64,000 nucleotides of DNA, from NCBI GenBank assembly GCA_025927575.1, contig JAICLJ010000004.1, forward strand, positions 1,785-65,784, written 5' to 3'. This document shows positions 19,388 to 28,747 of this stretch, piece after piece; the stretch's first letter is position 1, and every line of letters begins with the position of its first letter. The notes beneath the pieces were generated by a model, which was not told the origin of the DNA, did no database searches, and saw only the letters and a program-made list of their open reading frames with translations. Origin of the DNA: Bryobacteraceae bacterium (GTDB lineage Bacteria > Acidobacteriota > Terriglobia > Bryobacterales > Bryobacteraceae). Both the position numbers and the translations under genes were made by a program.

Positions 19388-21022
19388 TCAGTTTGCTGCC
19401 GCCGCCGGAGTCGACTCCACCTGTGCCGCCGGCGGCTGCGGCGTTGCAATGAGGTTCGCCGTCACCTGGTATGTGCCGCCACGAGCGATGTTCATGGCCT
19501 GGCCGTGCGCGAGGTAGGGCTGAATCGCGGTTGGATTGCTGTATTCCAGCTCGTCATCACCCTCGACGGCAATGAGAGTGTACCGTCCCGGCACGATATC
19601 CGGCAGCGTGAAGGTGCCATCGCTATCGCTCTGGTCGCGCCGGGTCAAACCGGATGAGTGTTGAATATCGTGCGGCAACAGTAAAACCATTGCTCCCGCG
19701 AACGGTTTACCAACCCGCTCCACGGTCCCGTTGAGTGTAGCCGCTCCGACGCCGATCGAAACTGTCAACGCGACCGTGCCTGAGGCGGGAAGCTCGACTG
19801 TTCTGCCGGCAGATTTTGCGCCGGTGGCCGAAATACCGGCAATGTAATAGCCGGGAGCTTGCGCCAAACCGACCTCGTATTTGCCGGCGCGCAATATTGT
19901 GTCCTGCCACCGAAGCTGCCCATTTCCGCTGCGTTTCGCGGCGGACATCGTGCCGGAGGCCGCGTTGACGAGTACGATCGAAGCGGAAGCGGGCAGCGGG
20001 GCTAGCCCGATGACTGTTCCGGAGAGGTTTATAGCGTCTTCGGATTTGAAGTCGACGGTCATGTTGCCTTGCACGTCGATTACGCGATCGAGAGAGTGCG
20101 CTCCGCTGGCGTCGTTCCAGATCGCATTTATGTCGTAACGTCCGGGGGCGACGCTGTACGTGTCGGCGCTGGGATCGGAGAAGGATGTTCCGATCGGGAT
20201 AGCTGCACCCCAGGGGGTCGCAACCTCTATCCTACTGGCCTGGACGGGGCCGCTGGCGTGCTCCATCCTGACGTGCGCCGCCGGTACGCCGGTCATCACG
20301 AAATCGGCTTGCATTTGAGCGCCCGGCCCGAGAGAAATCGGCGCGGCGCTATCGGCGACTGGGGTGTTCGGGTAGAACATGACCGGATAGGCGATGTCCA
20401 GTTTCTCTGAATCCGGAGTGTCGGCCACTCCGTGCCGCCGCTGGATGAAACGGGCGTACCAAGGCTGAGCGCTGAGGGCAACATAGTAAGCGCCAGGAGC
20501 AAGCCCGGACATGTGAAAGCTGCCGTCATCGCTGGAGCTGCTCTGCGAGATCAGTCGCGCGGTCCGAAACCCATTTGCAATTTCCTGTTTGAAAAGAGAT
20601 ACGTGCGCGTAGGGCACGGGCTCATTGTCCTGATCGGTGACGGAGCCGGAAATGGCGGCAGGCCTGGACAAGGGGAACGTAAGCCCTGTCGACGCCAGGC
20701 CGGGGCCGGCGACTACCGCGGTTGAGTAGCCGCCATGCTCGTGAAACGACTGTGTCAAATATCCTCGCTGCGTGGCGCGTAGCGCGTATTTACCGGCCGC
20801 CAGATCGAGAAATTGGAAGGTACCGTCGGGCCGCGCGACCACGCTTATGGCCTGCCGCCGGTCGGAAACGAGAGCAATCATCACTTCAGCGCCGCCTAGC
20901 GCCGCTCCGGTCTGTGCGTCGACAACTTTGCCGGTAATTGTATAGCCGACCGTCGAACGCGGCTGCTGCTGTCCCAACGCGAGAGTGGCACAAAGGACGA
21001 TGAACAGCACGCAACGGCTCAT
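19388..21022 (-). CDS. Secreted carboxypeptidase-regulatory-like (transthyretin-like beta-sandwich) repeat protein
   Basis: Signal peptide; repeated ITGKVVD..G.FQF..LAAGKY modules; FYPN..A.PI.L motif. Confidence 0.8.
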   Translation of the reverse strand: MSRCVLFIVLCATLALGQQQPRSTVGYTITGKVVDAQTGAALGGAEVMIALVSDRRQAISVVARPDGTFQFLDLAAGKYALRATQRGYLTQSFHEHGGYSTAVVAGPGLASTGLTFPLSRPAAISGSVTDQDNEPVPYAHVSLFKQEIANGFRTARLISQSSSSDDGSFHMSGLAPGAYYVALSAQPWYARFIQRRHGVADTPDSEKLDIAYPVMFYPNTPVADSAAPISLGPGAQMQADFVMTGVPAAHVRMEHASGPVQASRIEVATPWGAAIPIGTSFSDPSADTYSVAPGRYDINAIWNDASGAHSLDRVIDVQGNMTVDFKSEDAINLSGTVIGLAPLPASASIVLVNAASGTMSAAKRSGNGQLRWQDTILRAGKYEVGLAQAPGYYIAGISATGAKSAGRTVELPASGTVALTVSIGVGAATLNGTVERVGKPFAGAMVLLLPHDIQHSSGLTRRDQSDSDGTFTLPDIVPGRYTLIAVEGDDELEYSNPTAIQPYLAHGQAMNIARGGTYQVTANLIATPQPPAAQVESTPAAAAN

Positions 21023-22656
21023 TAAGAGCCCCCGGTAATCAAATTGACGGTGATGTCCTTGCTCTCGTTTTCGCTGAGCGTGACCTGCGTGGCGCGGTCG
21101 GCGTAGCGAGTCATCGCCCCCGGATTCGCGTACTCGATCCCATTGAGGGAGGGGAATGCATACACGTGATAGGATCCCGGCGCTAGTCCAGCAAACGAGA
21201 ATTGGCCTGCCGTAAAAACTTGCCGCGGCTCCTCTGCCGAATCGCCGTCCGGCAGCACTAATACGAATGCACGGATCTGCTGATCGCCCGCTTTGACGAT
21301 TCCGCGTAGAGAAGCAGGATTACCGTGCAGGACAACGTCAATCGGCGCCGGCTGTGAATCGGGAGCGATCACCAGATCGTCACGGGTCAGGTCGATATTG
21401 CCGCTGCGGGCCGCGGAAACGTAGTATTTAGCTACGGGCTGCACCTGGACGCGGTAGCGGCCCGGCATTACGTTGGAAATTACGGCTTCCGGCCGTTCAT
21501 TCCCCGACTGTGGTCCCTGCGTCCAGCCACCCGGGTTAAAGTTGTTGTGATCGCGGGGCGCCAAATGAATAGAAACGACGGGAGCATCCGGCCCCGCCGG
21601 GGCTCCCTCGATCTGTACGTGGACCGGGATTTTCGCGGAAGGCATGACAGTCACGCTTATGTTTGATACGTCGGAAGCGGAAACGCCAACCTCCGTGATG
21701 CCGTACATGGTTTCACCCGTCTGGGTTATGGACGTTGCGACAACGTTGTAAGCTCCGGGTGGTACAGCGAAAAACCGGAATTGATTTTTATTGAGATCGG
21801 ATCCGGATTTTGCCCAAACCTGGTTTCCCTCCGCGTCGAGAAGCATGATACCGGTCCGCCCCGGAATGCCGCCCGAAACGACACCGGAAATCCGGTATGC
21901 CTTTTCGATTCTCAGAGAGAAATCAGCCTCGGCCTGCTGCCCCGCCTCGACATGCACCGGACTAGCGGATGCGGCGTCGGCTGCTCCCGGGAAAAACAGC
22001 GCCGAATAGATTTCGTCGAAGTTTTGTTTCACCGGCCGCGCGAAAGGAGCCAGTTCGCGCACGCTGTGCTGCACGGTGGCTACGTAATAATCACCGGGGA
22101 GCAAATTGGACGACCGGAAGCTGCCGGATTCGTCGGTGGTCGTGTTTGCTCGATCTTCCCATCTCATCTGGCCCGCCACCGTGTGGCGCAAAATGATGCG
22201 TACCTGAACGCCGGAGATCGGTTCGCCGTCGCCATTTGTGATCTTTCCCGAGATCGAGCCGGCCGGCATCAGTTTTACCACGATGTCTCCGGTTGCTTTG
22301 CCGACCTGAACAACGGGATAAGGAGATTCCCCGCGTTGACCCACGCCAATTTCCTGTGGGCTGAAAAAACCGGGCTTCTGTGCCGAAATAGTCGCGGCGC
22401 CGCCGGGGAGACTATCGAACTGGAACCGGCCGTCCGGTCCGCTCATCGCCACGTGCACACCGCCTAGGAAGAACTGCACCAGCGCGTGAGGAACCGGTTC
22501 GCCGGTTGCCGAGTTCACAACCGAGCCGCTGAGGGAATAGCGTTGGCCGCTATCGGTTGAAGCTGACTGGTCAACTCCTTGGCCGGCCGCCGCCAACGTA
22601 TAACACAGCAAGCACGGCAAGGTGAGCCAAAGCCTTCTCCAATTGGGGCGCCACAT
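21022..22656 (-). CDS. Secreted carboxypeptidase-regulatory-like repeat protein (tandem paralogue)
   Basis: Signal peptide; LSGSVVNSATGEPV, ISGKITNGDGEPI, FFPGAADA modules; 1-nt overlap with next gene. Confidence 0.8.
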   Translation of the reverse strand: MWRPNWRRLWLTLPCLLCYTLAAAGQGVDQSASTDSGQRYSLSGSVVNSATGEPVPHALVQFFLGGVHVAMSGPDGRFQFDSLPGGAATISAQKPGFFSPQEIGVGQRGESPYPVVQVGKATGDIVVKLMPAGSISGKITNGDGEPISGVQVRIILRHTVAGQMRWEDRANTTTDESGSFRSSNLLPGDYYVATVQHSVRELAPFARPVKQNFDEIYSALFFPGAADAASASPVHVEAGQQAEADFSLRIEKAYRISGVVSGGIPGRTGIMLLDAEGNQVWAKSGSDLNKNQFRFFAVPPGAYNVVATSITQTGETMYGITEVGVSASDVSNISVTVMPSAKIPVHVQIEGAPAGPDAPVVSIHLAPRDHNNFNPGGWTQGPQSGNERPEAVISNVMPGRYRVQVQPVAKYYVSAARSGNIDLTRDDLVIAPDSQPAPIDVVLHGNPASLRGIVKAGDQQIRAFVLVLPDGDSAEEPRQVFTAGQFSFAGLAPGSYHVYAFPSLNGIEYANPGAMTRYADRATQVTLSENESKDITVNLITGGS

Positions 22657-22766
22657 GTTTGCATGGTATTAGAAGCGCCCGGCTGCTTTCAGGTTCCATG
22701 ACGCGCGGGAGCGTCTTGGCGCTTCGCTTGTTGGCGATTCTTAGCTGTATCGTGCAGAATTGAGGT

Positions 22767-24302
22767 GTGCGCAAATGGCTGCTTATCATCGGGTGTGTTC
22801 TGGTGATTTTCGGGATTGCGGCCGCGATCTTTATCAACGTGCGGCTAGGGCCGATTCTGAAAGGGCGAGTTGAGAAGCTCATGGCGGATCGCTTCTCCAG
22901 CGGCGTCGTTATCGATCATCTGGACTTTACTCTGTTTCCCGCTGGCGTCACGGTGACAGGCATGACGTTGAGGCATCATCACCGGACCGACGTGCCTCCG
23001 CTAATCACTATTCACCGCGTGACTGCTGAGACCGACTTGTTGGCTTTGATTTTCGGAGCCAAACACGACGTCAAGCTTGTGCGCCTGGAGGGCCTGCAGA
23101 TTCGCATGAAATCGGGCGGATCGCAGAATCAGCAATCCGGCGGCGAGGAGCAAGCCACTCAAAATCCTTCCGGCGGAGACGGCGATCATTTCCCATTCGT
23201 AATACGTGAAGTGATTGCTGACGGGACCTTGCTGCAGATTCTGCCCAAACAGGGGGGCAACGAGCCGCTCGAATTCGATATCAAAAAGCTGACGCTGCGG
23301 TCAGTTGGAGTGAACGAGCCGATGGCTTTCGTCGCCACGTTGACCAATCCGAAGCCTCCGGGCGCGATTCAAACGGTTGGATCGTTCGGCCCATGGCAGA
23401 AAGAGCAGCCTTCGGCAACTCCGGTTAGCGGCAAGTACACCTTCAAAAATGCCGATTTAGGCATTTTTAAGGGAATCGCCGGCATTCTGTCGTCCGTAGG
23501 CGATTACAAAGGCGAACTGGACCGTATCGAAGTGAAGGGCACGACGGACACGCCTGATTTTAAGGTGGGAAACGGCCATGCTGTGGATTTGAAAACCGAC
23601 TTCGAGGCGACCGTCGACGGCACAAATGGCAACACTCTGCTGCACCCGGTGGATGCACGCTTCCTAAACTCAGAGTTCGTCTGCAAAGGCGGAGTGGTCG
23701 GCACCCCGGGCAAGAAGGGGAAGGCAGTACAACTCGACGTGGTGTCGAAGCATGCCCAAATTGAGGATCTGCTGATGCTCGTCCTCGATTCTCCGAAGCC
23801 TCTGCTGACAGGGCCGGTCGGCTTCAAAACCAAATTCCTGCTGCCACAGGGCGACGTGTCCGTGCTCAGTAAACTTCTCCTGGATGGCCGCTTTGATCTG
23901 GTCGCGGCGCAGTTCACCAGCGACAAAGTACAAGATAAGATTGATGCGCTGAGCAACCGCAGCCGGGGAATCCACAAACCGAAGAACAAAGCAGATAACG
24001 TAGCGTCAAACCTTGCGGCGCAGTTCGTAGTGAAGAACGGCAATATTCGATTTTCACGCCTTTCGTTCCAGGTCCCCGGCGCCTTGATCAGCTTAAAAGG
24101 TTCGTACGGCATCCGGTCGGAGAAGATCGACTTTAAAGGACATGCGCGCTTCAGCGCGGAACTGTCGCACATGACGACCGGCTGGAAGTCGCTGCTTCTC
24201 AAGGCGGTCGATCCTTTTTTCAAGAAAGACGGTGCAGGCGCCGTGCTGCCGATCAAGATCACTGGAACGAAGTCCGATCCGCACTTCGGGCTGAATCTGT
24301 AG
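22767..24302 (+). CDS. AsmA-like envelope protein
   Basis: N-terminal TM anchor, beta-rich body, C-terminal AVLPIKITGT..P.F motif. Confidence 0.75.
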   Translation: MRKWLLIIGCVLVIFGIAAAIFINVRLGPILKGRVEKLMADRFSSGVVIDHLDFTLFPAGVTVTGMTLRHHHRTDVPPLITIHRVTAETDLLALIFGAKHDVKLVRLEGLQIRMKSGGSQNQQSGGEEQATQNPSGGDGDHFPFVIREVIADGTLLQILPKQGGNEPLEFDIKKLTLRSVGVNEPMAFVATLTNPKPPGAIQTVGSFGPWQKEQPSATPVSGKYTFKNADLGIFKGIAGILSSVGDYKGELDRIEVKGTTDTPDFKVGNGHAVDLKTDFEATVDGTNGNTLLHPVDARFLNSEFVCKGGVVGTPGKKGKAVQLDVVSKHAQIEDLLMLVLDSPKPLLTGPVGFKTKFLLPQGDVSVLSKLLLDGRFDLVAAQFTSDKVQDKIDALSNRSRGIHKPKNKADNVASNLAAQFVVKNGNIRFSRLSFQVPGALISLKGSYGIRSEKIDFKGHARFSAELSHMTTGWKSLLLKAVDPFFKKDGAGAVLPIKITGTKSDPHFGLNL

Positions 24303-24374
24303 GATTCTGACATATCGTCCTGTTTTCGACAGTCAGGAGTTCCGATGGCACGATGCGGGTAACTCAAAGACTAA

Positions 24375-24447
24375 TGGGCCCTGTAGGATTTGAACCTACG
24401 ACCAAGGGATTATGAGTCCCCTGCTCTGACCGCTGAGCTAAGGGCCC
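24375..24447 (-). tRNA. tRNA-Ile2 (CAT anticodon, lysidine type); CCA not encoded
   Basis: Reverse complement GGGCCCTTAGCTCAGCGGTCAGAGCAGGGGACTCATAATCCCTTGGTCGTAGGTTCAAATCCTACAGGGCCCA folds as a cloverleaf; resembles E. coli ileX rather than tRNA-Met. Confidence 0.9.
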
Positions 24448-24576
24448 GTGTGGAAAAGAAGCTTCTCACCAGTTTACATGCGAATGCTGCGAAACACGGC
24501 CGGAAAACCCAGCGGCAGCAGGCGTCATGCGCTACCTTATAGTGTCGTTCGAACAATGCGGACGGCGTCACCGTCC

Positions 24577-24975
24577 ATGTCAAACACAATCGATCAATAC
24601 CGGGAAGCGAAGAACACTTATCTGAAACTAAGGAACCAGGCAAAGCGAGAACTGATCTCGCGCTTTAATGAAGTATCAAACGAGCTGCTGCAGCTTCAGC
24701 GCGAGCTTCTCGAAGATTTCGGCGAAAAGGTCCCGCTTCCGACGAAGGGCAAAAAGCCGAGGCATACGAGGGCGCCGAAGGCTGGCGCAAAAAGCGAAAC
24801 GCGGGCCGCGGCGGTCCCTCTGCCGCCCAAAGTCTTGCAATTGCGCAAACAGTTGGAAGGACAGAAGAAAAAGCTGGCAGATGCCCAGACGGCTGGAAAA
24901 GTGACGAAAGCGATTGAAGATCGCATCTATGAACTCGAAGACGAACTTCGGCTTTTGACCGGCCAGAAAAGCTAA
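24577..24975 (+). CDS. Hypothetical basic coiled-coil protein
   Basis: 132 aa from ATG 24577; two helical/coiled-coil blocks joined by a K/R/P/A-rich linker. Confidence 0.65.
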   Translation: MSNTIDQYREAKNTYLKLRNQAKRELISRFNEVSNELLQLQRELLEDFGEKVPLPTKGKKPRHTRAPKAGAKSETRAAAVPLPPKVLQLRKQLEGQKKKLADAQTAGKVTKAIEDRIYELEDELRLLTGQKS

Positions 24976-25073
24976 CACGGGCGCGCGTGGGACAATCTAA
25001 AATGCCGTTTTGAGAATCTGAGAATGGCACGGCGAATCCGCGCATGGACAGGAGTGGAGGAAAAGCGAGCACA

Positions 25074-25886
25074 ATGCCGAAACTTTTAGGGAAGAACGCT
25101 TTGATCACGGGTGCTTCATCGGGCATCGGTGAGGCGGTCGCGATACGCTTCGCGCAAGAGGGCGCAAATGTCGCGATCAACTACAACAGCGGGGCGGAAC
25201 GCGCCGAGCGAGTGAAAGCCAGGGTGCAGGAAGCCGCTGCTAAAGTCCAGCAGTCGCAGCGCAAAGCGATCACCGTTCAGGGCGATATTTCTCGGGAAGA
25301 GCAAGTGAAGAACATGTTCGCGAAGGTTCTGGAGTCCTTCGGATCGCTCGACATCCTCATCAATAACTCGGGCATTCAGGCCCCCGTCCCCAGTGAAAAT
25401 CTGGAGACGACCGAGTTCGATCGGATTTTGGGCGTGAATCTCCGGGGGACGTTCATGTGCTCTCGTGAGGCAATCCGGCATTTTTTGGCGCAAGGGAAAG
25501 GCGGCGTGATCGTGAACGATTCGAGCGTTCACGAGATCATTCCGAAGCCGAAGTATCTGCCCTACTCGATAAGCAAGGGCGGCATTGAAAATTTGACAAA
25601 GACTCTGGCGCTCGAATATGCGGACAGAGGCATCCGTGTAAATGCTGTGGGACCTGGAGCAGTCGTGACGCCCATCAACAACGCCTGGATCAACAATCCC
25701 AAAGCCCGGGCGGAGGTAGAGAGCCACATTCCGATGGGGCGGCCGGCAGAAGTGGAGGAGATTGCCGCTGTTTTTGCATTTCTCGCTTCCGACGAAGCGT
25801 CGTATATCACCGGCCAAACGATTTTCGCGTGTGGCGGTCTCACACTCTATCCTGAATTCCGCGTGGCGTGGTCTTCAGGGGAGTAA
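25074..25886 (+). CDS. SDR oxidoreductase, glucose 1-dehydrogenase-like
   Basis: TGASSGIG, NNSG, SSVHE, YSISK, ASYITGQTIF; GGAGG RBS. Confidence 0.9.
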   Translation: MPKLLGKNALITGASSGIGEAVAIRFAQEGANVAINYNSGAERAERVKARVQEAAAKVQQSQRKAITVQGDISREEQVKNMFAKVLESFGSLDILINNSGIQAPVPSENLETTEFDRILGVNLRGTFMCSREAIRHFLAQGKGGVIVNDSSVHEIIPKPKYLPYSISKGGIENLTKTLALEYADRGIRVNAVGPGAVVTPINNAWINNPKARAEVESHIPMGRPAEVEEIAAVFAFLASDEASYITGQTIFACGGLTLYPEFRVAWSSGE

Positions 25887-26112
25887 GCGGCGTCCCGCGA
25901 TCGATTAGTGGCAACGCTTTTACATTGCTGGCGCTATGCCAGCCTTATCCGAATTCATCGCCTGTCGTAAGACCGAGGCCACGCCCAATTCGAATACCTT
26001 CGGTCATTCTCACCCTCTCCGCGACGAATTGAGGATTGTCACGATCTGGGGCGCCAATGCGTCTCCAGATCGAAAGCTGGCAGTTTTCACGTGAATTCCG
26101 GTTTGTGCTTGC

Positions 26113-27225
26113 ATGAAGTTAGTCATCTTTGGCCTGTCGGTCAGTTCTGCTTGGGGTAACGGCCATGCCACTCTTTGGCGCGGCTTATTCCGATCGCTCG
26201 CAAGAGTCGGCTACCGTATCCACTTCTTCGAAAAAAACACGCCCTACTACGCCGCGCACCGCGATGCGTATTCAGTTGCCGGCGCACGAATTCACTACTA
26301 TTCCGACTGGCAGCAGGTGTGCGCCGAAGCTCGTCACGAGCTTGACGACGCGGATATCGGGATGACGACATCTTATTGTCCCGATGGTGGAAAAGCCGCC
26401 GAACTAATATGGAGGTCGAACGCGGAGCGGTCTGTCTATTACGATCTCGACACGCCGATTACCTTGAGCAAGTTATCGCACGGGGCGTCGATAGACTATT
26501 TGCCGCACGATGGTTTAAGCAACTTCGACCTGGTCTTGAGTTATACCGGAGGCGAGGCCCTCGTAGATTTACGAGAGAAGCTAGGGGCGAGAAGAGTAGC
26601 CCCGTTATATGGATCCGTTGATCCTGACTTACACTGCCCGCAGTTCCCGCGCCAAGAATTCACATCGGATTTATCGTATTTGGGTACCTATGCTGCTGAC
26701 CGTCAGGATAAATTGGAGGAATTTCTGCTGCGCCCGGCCGAATCGCTCCCGAACTCGCGCTTCATTCTTGCAGGAGCCATGTATTCACCAGTGTTACACT
26801 TTACCTCGAACGTTCGGCGATTCGAACACATTGTTCCAGGACAACATGCGGCATTCTATTCTTCAGCCAGGATTACTTTAAACCTGACTCGACGATCCAT
26901 GGCGAAGAAGGGCTACTGCCCTTCGGGCCGATTGTTCGAGGCGGCAGCATGTGGATCGGCCATTCTTAGCGACTGGTGGCCGGGTCTCGACCAATTCTTC
27001 ACGCCGGGTGAGGAGATTCTGATCGCCAATTCCTGGGAGGACTCCTGCAGAGCGGTGCTGGCTCCCGAAGCCGACCTCAAGAGGATTTCGAACCAAGCGC
27101 GCGAACGAACGCTCGCATGTCATACGGCCCGGGCGCGCGCGTCGGAATTGAACAATCTACTTGAATCCTGCCTGAACCGCGGGGCGGATAGCGCGTCCGT
27201 TTGTGAATTCGCAGGGGGTGTTTAA
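26113..27225 (+). CDS. CgeB-family GT-B glycosyltransferase
   Basis: SSAWGNGHATLWRGL, YDLDTP, YLGTYAADRQ, PSGRLFEAAACG. Confidence 0.88.
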   Translation: MKLVIFGLSVSSAWGNGHATLWRGLFRSLARVGYRIHFFEKNTPYYAAHRDAYSVAGARIHYYSDWQQVCAEARHELDDADIGMTTSYCPDGGKAAELIWRSNAERSVYYDLDTPITLSKLSHGASIDYLPHDGLSNFDLVLSYTGGEALVDLREKLGARRVAPLYGSVDPDLHCPQFPRQEFTSDLSYLGTYAADRQDKLEEFLLRPAESLPNSRFILAGAMYSPVLHFTSNVRRFEHIVPGQHAAFYSSARITLNLTRRSMAKKGYCPSGRLFEAAACGSAILSDWWPGLDQFFTPGEEILIANSWEDSCRAVLAPEADLKRISNQARERTLACHTARARASELNNLLESCLNRGADSASVCEFAGGV

Positions 27226-27227
27226 TT

Positions 27228-27974
27228 ATGTGGGGCATAATTCCGGCCGCGGGAATTGGAAGCCGCATCCAGCCGCTGGCCTTTTCAAAAGAACTACTTC
27301 CCCTCAGCGGACATTCGGATTGTTATGAACGGCCTCGAGCCGTCAGCGAGTATCTCCTGGAACGGATGGTTGCTGCTGGCATAGAGAAGGTCTGCTTTAT
27401 CATTGCGCCGGGTAAAGCGGATATCGTGAACTATTTTGGTGGTTCGGCGCTTGGAGCAGAGATATTCTATTCCGTCCAAAAGAAGCCGTTGGGATTATGC
27501 GACGCGATTTTCAAGGCGCTTCCGCTAATCCCAGCGGACGAACATGTCTGCATAGGGCTGCCGGATACAGTATGGTTTCCGGAGAATGGCCTGAAGCAGT
27601 TGCCCGACGGCGTCTTGTCCCTATTGCTTTTCCCCGTTTCGGAGCCACAGCACTTCGACGCTGTTATCACGGACTTGGGTGGAGATGTCATTGAAGTGCA
27701 GGTGAAGCAACCGAAGCCGGATACGACTTGGATCTGGGGAGCCATGAAGATGACGGGAAGCATTCTCAGAGATTTGCATCACCTCTGGTTGGAATCACAG
27801 GATGAGTATGTAGGGACGGTGATCAACGACTATCTCTTGCGAGGAGGGCGCGTCTCCGGAATCAAAGCGGGTGTGTCTTATGTCGATGTTGGAACGTTGC
27901 GCGGCTATCACGAAGCCCTGCGCATGTTGTCCGCGCGCCACGACGGCGAACGCTTGCTCTGCGAAGCCTCATGA
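27228..27974 (+). CDS. Sugar-phosphate nucleotidyltransferase (RmlA-like)
   Basis: GIIPAAGIGSRIQPLAFSKELLP, Q..PLGL, YVDVGT. Confidence 0.9.
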   Translation: MWGIIPAAGIGSRIQPLAFSKELLPLSGHSDCYERPRAVSEYLLERMVAAGIEKVCFIIAPGKADIVNYFGGSALGAEIFYSVQKKPLGLCDAIFKALPLIPADEHVCIGLPDTVWFPENGLKQLPDGVLSLLLFPVSEPQHFDAVITDLGGDVIEVQVKQPKPDTTWIWGAMKMTGSILRDLHHLWLESQDEYVGTVINDYLLRGGRVSGIKAGVSYVDVGTLRGYHEALRMLSARHDGERLLCEAS

Positions 27975-28747
27975 AAACGGTAAATACAACAATCCAGAAG
28001 GATCAACAACTCTCGATCCACTCCAAGATTCAAGACCTAGGACCATGGTTTCATAACTTGACTTTAAATGGAATTCAAACAGCGCCGGAACATTTCCTCG
28101 GCGATTATCCGAACATAAAGTGGCAGCATTTGAAAACGGCGATTCCCGAGGACCTAAGTGGAAAAAGCGTCCTCGATCTTGGCTGCAATGCCGGATTTTA
28201 TTCCATCGAGTTGAAGAAGCGAGGCGCGCGGCGTGTGCTGGCCATTGACTCCGATCCAGCCTATCTAGCTCAAGCTCGGTTCGCGGCCGAGGTCAAAGAG
28301 GTTGACATCGAGTTTGAGGAGATGTCGGTGTACGATGCCGCAACGCTCGGTGAGAAGTTCGACATCGTCCTGTTTATGGGCGTGATGTATCACTTGCGCT
28401 ACCCGTTGCTAGCTTTGGACACTCTGGCCGAGCATGTTGTCAAAGAATCGTTTATCTTTCAATCCCTGACAAGAGGGAGCCAGGAAATAAGCGGATTTGA
28501 CGAAGATTATCCGTTCAGTGAGGAGGCGATCTTCACAGAACCCAGTTATCCGGCCATGTATTTTGTCGAGAAGAGCTACGCGCACGACCCAACTAATTGG
28601 TGGATTCCAAATCGAGCCTGCGCTCAGGCGATGCTGCGCAGCGCGGGATTCTCGATCATCAGCTCGCCGGATCTGGATGTATTCGTCTGCAAGCTGGAAG
28701 CTGATCGCGGCTCCCACTCGAGTTTCAAGAGTGTAAACAGGCCATGA
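27971..28747 (+). CDS. SAM-dependent methyltransferase (TIGR04290-like, CmoB-related fold)
   Basis: LGPWFHN, VLDLGCNAGFY, FMGVMYHLRYP, DPTNWWIPN. Confidence 0.85.
   Translation: MKTVNTTIQKDQQLSIHSKIQDLGPWFHNLTLNGIQTAPEHFLGDYPNIKWQHLKTAIPEDLSGKSVLDLGCNAGFYSIELKKRGARRVLAIDSDPAYLAQARFAAEVKEVDIEFEEMSVYDAATLGEKFDIVLFMGVMYHLRYPLLALDTLAEHVVKESFIFQSLTRGSQEISGFDEDYPFSEEAIFTEPSYPAMYFVEKSYAHDPTNWWIPNRACAQAMLRSAGFSIISSPDLDVFVCKLEADRGSHSSFKSVNRP

Noticed and set aside
23504-24367. Long antisense or alternate-frame ORFs (also 4357..5169, 18388..19221, 25116..25817, 41483..42292, 58372..59058)
   Set aside because: Shadows of well-supported genes in GC-rich DNA; no recognisable motifs
24375-24447. tRNA-Met call from the CAT anticodon
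   Set aside because: Acceptor stem and overall sequence resemble tRNA-Ile2; G1-C72 is paired, so not the initiator
25024-26112. Sigma54 promoters suggested by TGGCA motifs (25025, 25908, 26078)
   Set aside because: None has the -12 GC at the required spacing
24300-26113. tRNA-Ile2 as integration site for the glycan cassette
   Set aside because: No integrase, no duplicated tRNA 3' end noticed, and the cassette lies on the tRNA's 5' side
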